This document shows positions 1 through 11,814 of a DNA stretch of 64,000 nt, piece after piece; the first letter of the stretch is position 1; each line of letters begins with the position of its first letter. The position numbers and the translations under genes are program-made. The stretch comes from Octopus vulgaris (Eukaryota): NCBI GenBank assembly GCA_951406725.2, contig OX597820.1:14632001-14696000 (forward strand). The letters are read 5' to 3'. The notes below the pieces were generated by a model, which made no database searches, was not told the DNA's origin, and was given only the letters and a program-made list of their open reading frames with translations.

Positions 1-116
1 GTTGCGATGCAAGCTTCTTTCAACACAGCCACTTAAATTCCTTTAATAATTATAAAAAAAAAAAAAATCAATAATCAAAAATCACTATATATATATAGAT
101 CACAGAGATGAAATGG

Positions 117-230
117 CAGCATGTGGCCTTGTGGTTAGGGTGCTGGGCTCCTGATTCTAAGATCGTGGTTTCGATTCTTGGAAGCGGTGATGCATTATGC
201 ATTTGCGCAAAATACTTCATTTTCCTGTGT
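117..230 (+). mobile_element. Old tRNA-derived SINE 5' fragment (family D-like)
   Basis: A-box-like TGGCCTTGTGGTTAGG and B-box GGTTTCGATTC, followed by a degenerate core resembling 46561-46865. Confidence 0.5.
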
Positions 231-807
231 CTCTCTCTTTGGTAACATTTCTAAAATATTGAGTACATTTATAAACTGATACATTTAATCTTAAATGTAC
301 TACTTTACAAATACATGATATAAAGTCTTAACAGGACTTCAACTCCTCAGCACATGACTTGATAAACCAGCACAATATCCACATGGTTTATTAGTGTGAT
401 ATCCTGATATCCTGACTAAAGTGCATAACCTATTTCTCCCACTATTTATCTCTACATTGTTAAACCGTATACTCTAATTGCATATACAATCTTCACTCTC
501 TCTATCTCTGTCTCTCCTTTATCATTTTTCTCTCCATTTTAAAGTTGGCTAACACATATATTGTACAGAAGCAGTAATCACACATACACACAAATGCTCA
601 CAGATGCACACACATATACACATACATTATACATACTTTTGATATTACTGATAATTTCTTAGGTCTATACTGCTGCTTGTTTCACCAATTTTCTGCTAGT
701 GCTGCTCTTGTTGTTGTTGTTGGCGGTGGTGGTGGTGTCAGTGCAATAGTATTTCGAAAGTGGTACTGTCATTTTGGGGTACTACAGTTAATTTAAATAG
801 ATGGTTC

Positions 808-1208
808 TATGCACACACATACACATACGCGCGTGCACACACACAGTCATACATACATATATTCATACATAGATATACACTTATGTATTCACAGAAACAC
901 ACGCATATATATATATATACTTACACAAACATATAAGCATAAATTCACATACAAACATTCATACACGCACACCACACATACACAAACATGTGCATGCATA
1001 TATATTCATGCAAGCATACACATACATATGCACACATGCATACATATACACATGCGTATTCATGCACTCAAACATATACACACATATTCATACACACACA
1101 CACACACCTATATATAGATATATTCACTCAAACACACGCATACGCACACGCTCCCACAAACACATATATTCATGTTCCCATAAACATATACACACACGCA
1201 CACACATA

Positions 1209-1257
<49 letters not shown>

Positions 1258-1350
1258 TCACTCAAGCACACACACGCATATACATATTCACTCAAACACA
1301 CACACACATATATTCATATTCCCACAAACACTCACACACATGCAAATGCG
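808..1350. repeat. Degenerate (CA)n/(TA)n microsatellite field
   Basis: Interrupted CA/TA dinucleotide runs; source of the His/Thr/Tyr/Ile ORFs. Confidence 0.9.
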
Positions 1351-2050
1351 TTTACTGAACTGAATGGCTGCGCAATTTTACATGTGTGCGAATGTGTATG
1401 TGTCCGTTTATATATATTATGTATACGTGAGCAAGTACATGCACACATCGTAATGTCATTATTATTTAAGTACTTTGTTTTACAGTTGTAAAACTGAATC
1501 TCAAATGTTACCGTAGTTGCTGAAGGAAGCTCATTAGCGATGCGATTCACGAATCTCTATGAGTGTGTGTGTGTGTGTGTGGAGTGAGAGGAGCCAAGTG
1601 CGGTGGATGTGAGCGAGGAACTAATGTTTGATGTAAAGACAAATGATTTAACCATTTCTCCAGGTCTATTTATTTATGCTGTTGTCACATGTGAAATGGT
1701 TTTGCTTTGCAAGCTCCTACAACACTTCTGGTGGCATACAATGACTTAATACAAAGAATATTGTTTTCAGCTGGATCATCTAACCCCCCCCCCCCTGCAC
1801 CTCTTCCATTCCGTAATTTCAACATGGCTGCAGTATAGTCACTGAAACAATATAATAAACATAAAACATGTGTGACCCCATAAATATGTACCGAAGGGCA
1901 TCTAACTGCAAAAACTGTGCCAAAACTGACAGTGGCGCTTGGAGCAGTCCTCCGGCTTGCCAGCTCCTATCAGATCATTCAATCTGTGCCTGCCCCAAAG
2001 ATGGGTTTTAAATAATGATGATGTTGATGAAGAAGAAGAAGAAGAATATG

Positions 2051-2760
2051 TAGGTGTGGTTGTGTGGTAAGAAGTTTATTTCTCAACCACTTGGTTCCAG
2101 GTTCAGTCCCACTGTGTGGCACCTTGGGCACGTATTGTATTATATAGCCTCGGGTTGCCCAACGCATTATGAGTAAGTTTGATAGGTGGAAACTGGATGA
2201 AGCTCATCATGTGTGTGTGTGTGTGTGTGAGTGCATGTGTATTCTTGCTTTGATGTGTTCTAGGATCAGTCCCACTGTGTGGCACCTTGGGCAAGTGTTC
2301 TCTATTATAGCCCCAGGCCAACCAAAGTTTTTTGAGTAGGTTTGGTAGGTGGAAACTGGATGAAGCTCATCATATGTGTATGTGTGTGTGCTTGCTTTGA
2401 TATTATTCTTCAGGTTCAGTCCCACAGTGGCACCTTGGGCAAATATCCTATTATACCTCTGGGCCGACCAAAGCATTATGAGTAAGCTTGGTGGGGGGTG
2501 GGAAACTGGACGAAGCTCATATATATGTATATGTGTGTGTGTATGTCCTTGCTTTGATATTATGTGTTAATTCTAAACAAGTATTGCTGTCATACAGTTG
2601 GTAGCCATCATTTGAAAAATGTAACTGGTCATGTGGAAATATTACCTTTCTTGGAAACTGGTGAGGGTTGGTGACAGGAAGGGCACCCAGCTGCAGAAAA
2701 TCTGCCTGAAAAATTTCCATCTGACTTGGGGAAAAGTGGATGTTATAATGATGGTGATGG
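2051..2760 (+). mobile_element. SINE family A head/core with internal ~150-bp triplication and RTE-like (GAT)n tail
   Basis: GGTGTGGTTGTGTGGTAAG head; unit TCAGTCCCAC..GGCACCTTGGGCA..GGAAACTGGATGAAGCTCAT repeated at ~2100, ~2265 and ~2412; tail GGAAGGGCACCCAGCTG..AAGTGGATGTTATAATGATGGTGATG. Confidence 0.75.
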
Positions 2761-3108
2761 TGCCTGTTTCCAATTTTATTTTAGTGAATAAGTAAGGTAT
2801 TCTTCCTAATTGGCATTTGGTAATGTTTAGAAAATAAATATAACATAGAAATGTATGTATAACATCAAGAAAAGAAAAATATTTAAATCTTATTGATTTA
2901 TTTGGGGTTTTTTTTTTTTAGTTTAGCAAAGCCTTTTGAAAATTAGGAAATTGTCAAACTCGTTACAAGAATGAAATTAAATGAAAAAAATTATTCTTAA
3001 GAATTTCAAGTGTATTTTCAACTTTTTATCTATTTTATCCATTCCCCCTCTCTCTTGCTATCTCTCTTTCTCTCTCTCTCTGTCTGTCTTTCTCTCTCTT
3101 ACTCTGTC

Positions 3109-3145
<37 letters not shown>

Positions 3146-3794
3146 GGGCTTCCACACAATTTCTGTCTACCGAATTCACTCAGAAAGCATTGGTCAGACT
3201 GAGGCTATAGCTGCTGTGCAGCAGGTCTGAACCAGCAACCTTATGGTTGCAAACCAAGCCTCTTAACCACACAGCCATGTCTGCTAAGAAACCCAATATA
3301 CCAATTCTTTGAAACTAAACTACCCTGTAGTATCATGTTCTGCCCAAGTTGCACAGGGGCTTCCTTTGTCACTCTTATCATCACAAAATACAGAAAGCTA
3401 GAGATCGTTCACTCTTTTGGAAACCTGTACCCAGTGATGCTGTTGTTCACAGAATGCAATATAAAAAAGGTGTGGAACGTAACAAGTTGAGAAATTGAAA
3501 GATTTAATGATTTTTTTTTTTTCATTCTCTCTCTTTTGTATTTCTGAAAAGATTTAAACTAGATTTTGATTGCTATATGCTGCTATAGAATAGGACAAAA
3601 GTAGATTTCGATTGCTGTATACTTCTATAGAACAGGATAAAAAAAAGTATATATTTGGATATTGAAGGGGATTTATTTAGTTTAACTGCGAGAAGAGTTA
3701 AAAGACAGAAACGTTGATTGAAATTCGGGTGGATTGGAATGGATTTAGAGCAGATTATGAATTAGTTCATCATCATCATCATCATCATCATGCT

Positions 3795-4180
3795 CTTAGC
3801 ACCCTACTAGCACGGGCACAGTAAGGCGACGCTGAGTGTGATCGTTACCAGCGTCGCCTTACTGGCACTTACTTGTGCCTGTGCTAGTAGGATGCTAAGA
3901 GCACCGTCCAAGCGTGATCGTTACCAGCGTCGCCTTACTGGCACCTGTAAAACGATTCGAGCGAGGTCGTTGCCAGTACTGCCTGACTGGCCCCCGTCCC
4001 GGTGGCACGTAAAAAGCACCCACTACACTCTCGGAGTGGTTGGCGTTAGGAAGGGCATCCAGCTGTAGAAACTCTGCCAGATCAAGATTGGAGCCTGGTA
4101 CAGCCATCTGGTTTGCCAACCCTCAGTCAAAATCGTCCAACCCATGCTAGCATGGAAAGTGGACATTAAACAATGATGAT
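3795..4180 (+). mobile_element. RTE LINE 3'-end fragment
   Basis: Matches the 3' UTR of the ORF-bearing RTE at 41373-42570; ends in CATGGAAAGTGGACATTAAACAATGATGAT. Confidence 0.8.
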
Positions 4181-4184
4181 CACC

Positions 4185-4440
4185 ATCATTATCATCATCA
4201 TCATCTAATCGCCATTTTCCATGCTGGTATGAGTCGGATGGTTTGACCAGGGCTGGTAAGCTAAGGGGCTGTACCAAACTCCTGTCTGATTTGGCATAGT
4301 TTCTGTGGCTGGATGTCTTTCCTAACGCCAGCCACTCCAAGAATGTAATGGGTGCTTTTACGTGTCACTGGCACAGGTGCCATTTGTATGACACCTGTAT
4401 CTGCCATGACTACAATTTTACTGGGCTTGATGGGTCATCT
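4185..4440 (-). mobile_element. RTE LINE 3'-end fragment, tail-to-tail with the previous copy
   Basis: (CAT)n then TTTCCATGCTGG..GCTGGATGTCTTTCCTAACGCCA..GGGTGCTTTTACGTG. Confidence 0.75.
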
Positions 4441-4454
4441 AAGTAAAATTTGCA

Positions 4455-4835
4455 ACTGCATGGTTTCAGGTTCAGTCCCACTGCATGGCACCTTGAGCAA
4501 GTGTCTTCTTTTACAACCCTAGGCCAGCCAGTGCCTTTTTGAGTGAATTCTGTAGACAGAAACTGCGTGGAAGCCTGGTGTGTGAGCATGCACTTATGCA
4601 TGCATATTTATGAAGGAGAGAAAGAGAGAGTGTCTTTGAGTTTATTCCCTCCATTGCTTGTCAACTGGGGTTGGTTTGTTTGTGTCCCCATAACCTAGCG
4701 GTTTGCCAAAAGTGGCTTATCAATCTGTTTTGTCAAAGTACCAGACCTAAAATGAAGTACTGGCATCGATTACTTCCACTAAACTTTCCAAGGCAGTGCA
4801 CCAGCATGGCCACACAGTCCAATGACTGAGATACA
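4455..4835 (+). mobile_element. Diverged SINE family A copy
   Basis: GGTTCAGTCCCACTGCATGGCACCTTGAGCAAG core; tail CCAGCATGGCCACACAGTCCAATGACTGA. Confidence 0.7.
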
Positions 4836-5315
4836 CAGCAGATAAAAGTTAAAACCCATATAACAGGGAGGGTAGGATTTACACCATACGCCAAATGTGG
4901 AGCGACGTGGATGGAGGTACTTAACTAATATTACAGACGCACTGTACGTTTCTGTCAATATCATCACAAACTTGTGCTGATTTCCAATTCCATTTGGCAT
5001 GAGTCACATGAGAAGTGGCAACTGAATAATTTCTCTGGATAAAAGAAAGAAAATAAAAGATATCGCTCCGAAGACAGGCTCTAGAAATACTATTTAATTC
5101 CACAGTTGGTTCGACAAGAAAAGACATCGAATTCTCATAATGTCTACTTCGGATTAATACTGCCAAGATGTGATGTAAGGTTATGTGATGCAGTTCTGTG
5201 TGTCTGTGTGGTGTGTGCATTTAATAATTCAAAATTCCAGGCTTGTTTTCTCATTAAAAATAATGTGCTTGTTTATATACAACGTATGCATGTTCCTGTG
5301 AACGTTATATGTCGC

Positions 5316-5371
5316 TATCTATATGTCTATTTATCTATCTATCTATCTGTATATCTATATCTATCTATCTA

Positions 5372-5408
<37 letters not shown>

Positions 5409-5614
5409 GTCTATCTATCTATCTAGATAGATAGATAGATAGATAAAGATAGCTAGCTAGATAGCAAGATATATAAAGATAGATAGATATAGATAGATAG
5501 ATGGATAGATATAGATAGATAGATAAAGATAGATAGATGGATAGATAGATGGATAGATAAGGATAGATAGATAGATAGATAGATGGATAGATAAAGATAG
5601 ATAGATAGATAGAT

Positions 5615-5652
<38 letters not shown>
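5316..5652. repeat. (CTAT)n-(TA)n-(AGAT)n compound microsatellite
   Basis: Direct reading; polarity switch at ~5421. Confidence 0.95.
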
Positions 5653-6284
5653 GTATATGTGTGTACATTTGTACGCGTAAATATCCATATATAAATATAC
5701 ATGCACATGAATTCATGGTGATTGTCATGCAAATATATAGTCTTACATGACAATACAATAATTCTGCGAACCATTTTTATAGAATTTGCTGTTGCCGCTG
5801 TTGAATCATAGAAGTAAAGCCCATTTGACTACATCCTACTTCCTATCGGTTCTTTCATGTTTTTGCCCGTTTTATTGGTATTTAAAAGTCGTAGCCTTGT
5901 TCACAATAAAATTCTTATGCAGCTTCCATGCAGGAATCACTTCCTTGTAAGATAAATTATTTTGTCACAAGAAAGTGCAGAGCTCTGAAGTTCCACAGTT
6001 CCAGGTCTCTTTGTTAGAGAGAGAGAGAGAGAGAGAGAGAGATGGGGAGGAAAAACGAAATGTTTATTCAGCATTGCTACCGAATATTTCATTTCTCTCT
6101 GAGAAAAGGTTTTAATGGTAATATTTGAAATTCTCCTTTTGTTTATCATAAAATGATTTATATCGTTCTACAAGCAAGTTGTACTTATTATTTATCTATG
6201 CAGTCCATCGGTATTTTGCTTGATTTTTTTTTTCTTGTTTTATTTTATTATTTCTTCTGGATTGACAGAATTCCCAGACAAAAT

Positions 6285-6535
6285 CATCATCATTGTCATG
6301 ATCACACTAACATCCACTTCTTCATGCTTCCATGGGTTGGACAGAGTTAACTGAGGTAGTTTTCCTACAGCCGGATGCCTTTCCTGCTACCGACCCTCAT
6401 CTATTAACAAACAAGATTATATTCCCCCATTGCCAGGCATGATTTTGCAGAATATTGGAAACGAATGACACTGCTTGTATGACAGTGACACTCATTTACA
6501 GCTACCATGTGATGTCAAGACAGAGAGACACCAAC
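6285..6535 (-). mobile_element. 3' part of RTE-tailed SINE (A2 subfamily)
   Basis: (CAT)n..ACATCCACTT..CATGGG..CCGGATGCCTTTCCTG..ATATTCCCCCATTGCCAG; reverse complement of the tail at 2600-2760. Confidence 0.6.
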
Positions 6536-6618
6536 ATCACACACATACACACACACATATGTATGTCCTTTCTGAAATAATTTCTTCTTTCATAAATAAC
6601 TGTAAATTGTCACTCTTT

Positions 6619-6662
<44 letters not shown>

Positions 6663-6854
6663 GGCGGTGCCCCAGCATGGCCACAGCTCAAGAGCTGAAA
6701 CTGGAAAACATAAACATAAATATATATATATGTGTGTGTGTGTGTGTATTTTTCCCTTGTTAACAATTTACTAGTGTCGGAAGTAAAAGTATTTGAATTA
6801 TACCTGCGTTAAACTCCATTTATACACACACACACACACACAAAAACATATATA

Positions 6855-7243
6855 GACGCAGGAGTGGCTGTGTGGTAAGTTGCTTGCTTACCAACCACAT
6901 GGTTCCGGGTTCAGTCCCACTGCATGGCACCTTGGGCAAGTGTCTTCTACTATAGCCTTGGGCCAACCAAAGCCTGGTGAGTGGATTTGGTAGATGGAAA
7001 CTGAAAGAAGCCCGTCGTATATATATGTGTGTGTGTATGCTTGTGTGTCTGTGTTTGTCCCACCCCACACCATCACTTGACAACCGATGTTGGTGTGTTC
7101 ATGTCCCTGTAACTTAGCGGTTTGGCAAAAGAGACTGATAGAATAAGTACTAGGCTTACAAAGAATAAGTACTGGTGTCGATTTGTTCGACTAAAGGCGG
7201 TGCTCCGGCATGGCCGCAGTCAAATGACTGAAACAAATAAAAG
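6855..7243 (+). mobile_element. Full-length tRNA-derived SINE family A (CORE-like)
   Basis: A box TGGCTGTGTGG, B box GGTTCAGTCCC, MIR/CORE-like GGCACCTTGGGCAAGTG, internal (TA/TG)n, 3' stem-loop CAGTCAAATGACTG; many homologous copies in the window. Confidence 0.9.
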
Positions 7244-7256
7244 AACCATGCATATT

Positions 7257-7299
<43 letters not shown>

Positions 7300-7720
7300 T
7301 TATATATACACATATGTAAATACACACACATATATAAATACACACATATACACACACTCACATACACTCATGTTGTTACTTATAATAAGCTGGTGGATTT
7401 TCAGGCAGTGTTTATATTCTTGATGCTGTGAACACCAGCATATTGAATGGTAGTTGCCCAGGTGTTGAAACCATGGTGAATATCCATTTGGACAGCTGAT
7501 GACTGGAATGCGCATGTGTTACACTTACTTGATTGTGAATTTCTTATATATTCGTCCCATTATTCTGGGTTATCCTTCATTCTTGTCAAGGAGATTCACA
7601 GTTCCTGAGGATTGCTTACTTTGGTGTTGTTTGGTTTTACTTCTCAGGTAACCTAATTAGGCTTAGATTATGCTTAAGTATTGGTGTCTGTTTTTGGGAG
7701 ATTCTGTGGCATATAAAGAT

Positions 7721-8975
7721 ACATCAATAATCAGCAAGATGTTCGAAACCATCCTTAAGAAAAGTATGATGCTCCACCTCCTAAACACAGCCTCTATCTC
7801 TGATTCCCAACACGGCTTCGTGCCGAAGAGATCATGCTTGACCAACTTACTAGTAATGGAAGAATTGGTGACGCGCATCCTCGATGATAGTGATGCTGTT
7901 GACATCGTTTTATTGGACTTTGCCAAAGCTTTTGACTCGGTAAACCACCGCCTATTACTTGTCAACCTTCAAGCATATAGTTTCCATCCGGATATTGTAC
8001 GATGGGTTGGTGCCTTCCTCTCAGATCGCTCCTTCCAAGTCCAAGTTAATGGTTCGCGGTCAGACGTCTCCAGTGCGAGCAGTGGCGTGCCTCAAGGTTC
8101 AGTGCTTGGGCCCTTGTTGTTCTTAGTCTTCATAAATGACTTGCCCAACGACCTCACGCAACACACCCTTCTATTTGCCGACGATATCAAACTGTTCGCT
8201 CCTCGCGGTAATATAGAGGATCTTCGTCGATGCCTCCACCAAATTTGGAAGTGGTCTAACGATTGGGACCTGTGTCTGAACATGTCAAAGTGCTGTCATC
8301 TGCCTGTCGGCTCTACTTCCTGCAACTCAACTTGATTTCGAGCCGGGTCGTCTGCTGCTGGAGAGGACCGATCAGGTAAAGGACCTGGGTGTCTTGGTGG
8401 ATTCCTCCTTTTCGCCTTCAGCCCAGTGCGTCCATGCTGCCAACAAAGCACGCAGAATTCTGTTCTTGATTCGACGGTCATTCGGAATGCTCACAGCAGC
8501 CATATTCCTACCACTCTATGTCACACTGGTGAGACCCATATTGGAATATGGGATTCAAGCCTCTTTTCCTTATCTCCTCAAAGACATACAGCATCTCGAA
8601 AGAGTCCAGAAGCTGGCTACCCGCATGGTTCATGGTCTCAAAAATTTGTCCTACGAAGAAAGGCTGAGGACGCTCGACCTTTATTCTCTTGAAAAACGCC
8701 GCCGCTGTGGGGATCTCATTCTCGCCCACAACATCATAAGCGGAAAGTGTAACCTCTCGAAAGAGCTGTTCTTCACTCCTGCTCCAGAGCGTCGGCTGCG
8801 GGGTCATTCCGAAAAGCTCTACCTGCGACGATTTCATCTCAATCGAAGGAGAGGAGCTTTCTCCATCCGGGTTGCGGATCCGTGGAACAAGCTGCCAGAC
8901 GAGATGGTGAAGATGCCGACGACCGCTTTGTTCAAAGCCTCCCTGGACCTCAAGTGGCCTGAACTCTTTACATGA
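7721..8975 (+). pseudogene. CR1-type ORF2 reverse transcriptase fragment, one frameshift near 8315-8320
   Basis: QHGF..RSCLTNL, LDFAKAFDSV, GVPQGSVLGPLLF, FADD; after a +1 shift PATQLDFEPGRLLLERTDQVKDLGVLVDS..RPILEY..LERVQKLATRMV..LSYEERL..LYSLEKRR..WNKLP. Confidence 0.9.
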
Positions 8976-9063
8976 ACACCACCCTGTACTTAACTCCATG
9001 TCCCCCTACATGGCCTTGCTATTTGCTTTTGAGCCAAATTAACTAACTAACTAACTAACTAAC
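7721..9063 (+). mobile_element. 5'-truncated CR1-clade LINE with 3' UTR and (TAAC)n tail
   Basis: RT motifs plus CR1-type C-terminus; ~65-bp 3' UTR ending in AACTAACTAACTAACTAACTAAC; GC/CpG-rich relative to flanks. Confidence 0.92.
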
Positions 9064-9161
9064 ATGTGTGTATAGGTGTGTATATATATTTGTGTGTGTG
9101 TGTGTGTGTACATGTATATATATTTATGTGTGTGTGTGTATATATTCTCTTTTATTTTTTT

Positions 9162-9356
9162 CTCTTTTACTTGTTTCAGTCATTTGACTGTGGCCATGCT
9201 GGAGCACCGCCTTTTTAGTCGAGCAAATCGACCCCAGGACTTATTCTTTGTAGGCCTAGTACTTATCCTGTCGGTCTCTTTTGCCGAACCGCTAAGTAAC
9301 GGGGACGTAAACACACCAGCATCGGTTGTCAAGCGATGTTGGGGAGACAAACACAG

Positions 9357-9408
<52 letters not shown>

Positions 9409-9570
9409 GACGGGCTTTTTTCAGTTTCCGTCTACCAAATCCACTCACACGGCTTTGGTCGGCCCGAGGCTATAGTAGAAGACACTTGCCCAAGGTGCCA
9501 CGCAGTGGGATTGAACCCGGAACTGTGTGGTTGGTAAGCAATCTACTTACCACACAGCCACTCCTGCGCC
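9162..9570 (-). mobile_element. Full-length SINE family A
   Basis: Reverse complement of 6855-7243, ending CCACTCCTGCGCC. Confidence 0.9.
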
Positions 9571-10039
9571 TATATATATATATGCATACACATATGCATA
9601 CACCTATATGTATGACAGGCTTCCTTCAGTTTTCTGTCTACCAAATATATTCACAGGCTTTTGGTTGGCCTGGGGCTATGATAAAAGACACACGTAAGAA
9701 TTGAAATCATATAGCTCCCACCTGCTAGTAACTTCTCTCTCTCATCTCAAAATGAAATTTAAAGAATTGTTTCTGAAACAACTACAAAATTTTTGGGTGG
9801 AGCTACAAGGGATTTTTAATGCTGATGCATTTCCCAAGAGAATGTTTTTTTTTTATCTGTTTACTTGCAGAGCCAAGGTATAGACTTTGTAGCCCCTCCT
9901 AGTTTAGTGAGGTTGGTTCCATTAGCATCCCTCTTGAACCCTTTTTAGTCTAAAACTTGTGGGAAAGAAATGAGCTGGGAAGGGAATTGTTGAGGACCAA
10001 CATTCTGAGAAAGAATACCCTTAATGTGTCAGCTGATAT

Positions 10040-10341
10040 GATATGCTTGAGAAGTAAAACCAAAATCGCAGCTATGGCCTGTACCCCCTGACTGGCACCC
10101 ATTCCGGTGGCATGTGAAAAGCACTATCTGAATGTGATTGATGCCAGGCCTGCCTGACTGGGTCCTATGCTGCTAGCATGTAAAAAGCCCCCACTACACT
10201 CTCAGAGTGGTTGGCATTAGGAAGGGCATCCAGCTGTAGAAACATTGCCAGATCAGATTGGCTCTTGGTGCAGCCACTGGCTCTCCAGACCTCAGTCAAA
10301 CCATCCAACCCATGCCAGCATGGAAAGCAGATGTTAAACGA

Positions 10342-10345
<4 letters not shown>
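10040..10345 (+). mobile_element. RTE LINE 3'-end fragment
   Basis: CCACTACACTCTCAGAGTGGTTGGCATTAGGAAGGGCATCCAGCTG..GTTAAACGATGAT. Confidence 0.75.
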
Positions 10346-10402
<57 letters not shown>

Positions 10403-10545
10403 AGAATAAGAAGCACACTCTAAAGAATAGAGCAATAGGTATTAAGACATAAAGTCTGGTCATAGAGTGATGAATGGTTTCGTATTCATGAAAGCTACAA
10501 CCTTGTGGACAGCTCATCAGACTCTATACACACTTTAAATTTATG

Positions 10546-10593
<48 letters not shown>

Positions 10594-10909
10594 GTGTGTG
10601 TGTGTGTGTGTGTGTGTTTGATATATTCTCTCACCTCTACCACTATCTGGCATATACAGGTGCTTACACTTATCAAGTATTTTCTCTAAACTTACAGTAC
10701 CAATATATATATATATGAAAGCATATGTTATATATGATGTACGTCAGTACAAACAGGGAAAATAAAACTCAGAATATGAGTACATGTATATTTTTGTATT
10801 AATATTTAGCAGATATTAATGTTTAGTTCAATAAGTGCCAACTCACGAAACTCTTGGACCTTGAGTCACTCTGTTACTTCCGCTAAATATTGATAAATAT
10901 ATATATATA

Positions 10910-11072
10910 TCATATTTTAACATGTATAAGGAACTACCTAATTTTGGGGGCTTACATTTGGAAAAATGGTTTTGTAATGGATTATAATACTCTCCATGTA
11001 TAAGAAAGTCCCATATTTTTTTAACCTAATTTTTGACAAAAAAGGGGGTTTCTTATACACGTTAAAATATGG
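10910..11072. mobile_element. pogo/Tigger-like MITE
   Basis: TIRs (t)CATATTTTAACATGTATAAG / CTTATACACGTTAAAATATGG flanked by TA; second, inverted partial copy at 52840-52977. Confidence 0.75.
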
Positions 11073-11423
11073 TATACACAAATACACATGATGGGCTTCT
11101 TTGAGTTTCTATATATGAAATCCACTCACAAGGCTTTGGTTGGCCTGGGGCTATACTTGAAGACACATGCACTATTATCTAATGAAAAAAAGAAGAATTG
11201 TCTAAGAAAAATAGGTTTGGGTTATGACTGAAATACTATTGATCATAGGAATACTCGATCAAGCTGACCTGGGTTTTAGTAATAACAACAATAGCAACAA
11301 CAAACTAGGTGATTGAATGTTGCCTTGCTTAGCTTGATGTCTGTATTTTAGGGCAATAATAGAATTCCTTTAATCGCCAAGTACATGAATGTAAATGAGA
11401 CTGAGAGCTGGTGACTGCTCAAT

Positions 11424-11814
11424 ACTCTTTTACTTGTTTCAGTCATTTAACTGCGGCCATGCTGGAGCACCGCCTTCAGTCGAGCAAACCGACCCCGGGA
11501 CTTATTCTTTATAAGCCCAGTACTTATTCTATCGGTCTCTTTTTGCCGAACCGCTAAGTGACGGAGATGTAAACACACCAGCATCGGTTGTCAAGCAATG
11601 CTAGGGGGACAAACACAGACACATACATATATATATATATGTACATATATACAACAGGCTTCTTTCTGTTTCCGTCTACCAAATCCACTCACAAGGCTTT
11701 GGTTGGCCCGGGGCTATAGCAGAAGACACTTGCCCAAGATGCCATGCAGTGGGACTGAACCCGGAACCATGTGGTTGGTTAGCTAGCTACTCACCACACA
11801 GCCACTCCTGCGCC
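11424..11814 (-). mobile_element. Full-length SINE family A
   Basis: Reverse complement of the family A consensus. Confidence 0.9.

Noticed and set aside
809-1550. ORFs of 72-167 aa rich in H/T/Y/I
   Set aside because: Translations of CA/TA microsatellites; the same applies to the ORFs at 5419-5774, 26361-26929, 28506-28856 and 61697-62013
5120-5180. TAATACTGCC resembling the miR-8/miR-200 seed, and a possible small exon 5106-5175
   Set aside because: No convincing pre-miRNA hairpin, the rest does not match the mature miRNA, and the splice signals are only moderate
7217-7235. Stem followed by GAAAC in the SINE A tail as a hammerhead
   Set aside because: No upstream CUGANGA core and no stem I
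9076-9704. Recurrent peptides such as VSVYQIHSQGFG..EDTCPRCHAVGLNPEPCGW in many ORFs
   Set aside because: Antisense translation of SINE family A, not a protein family
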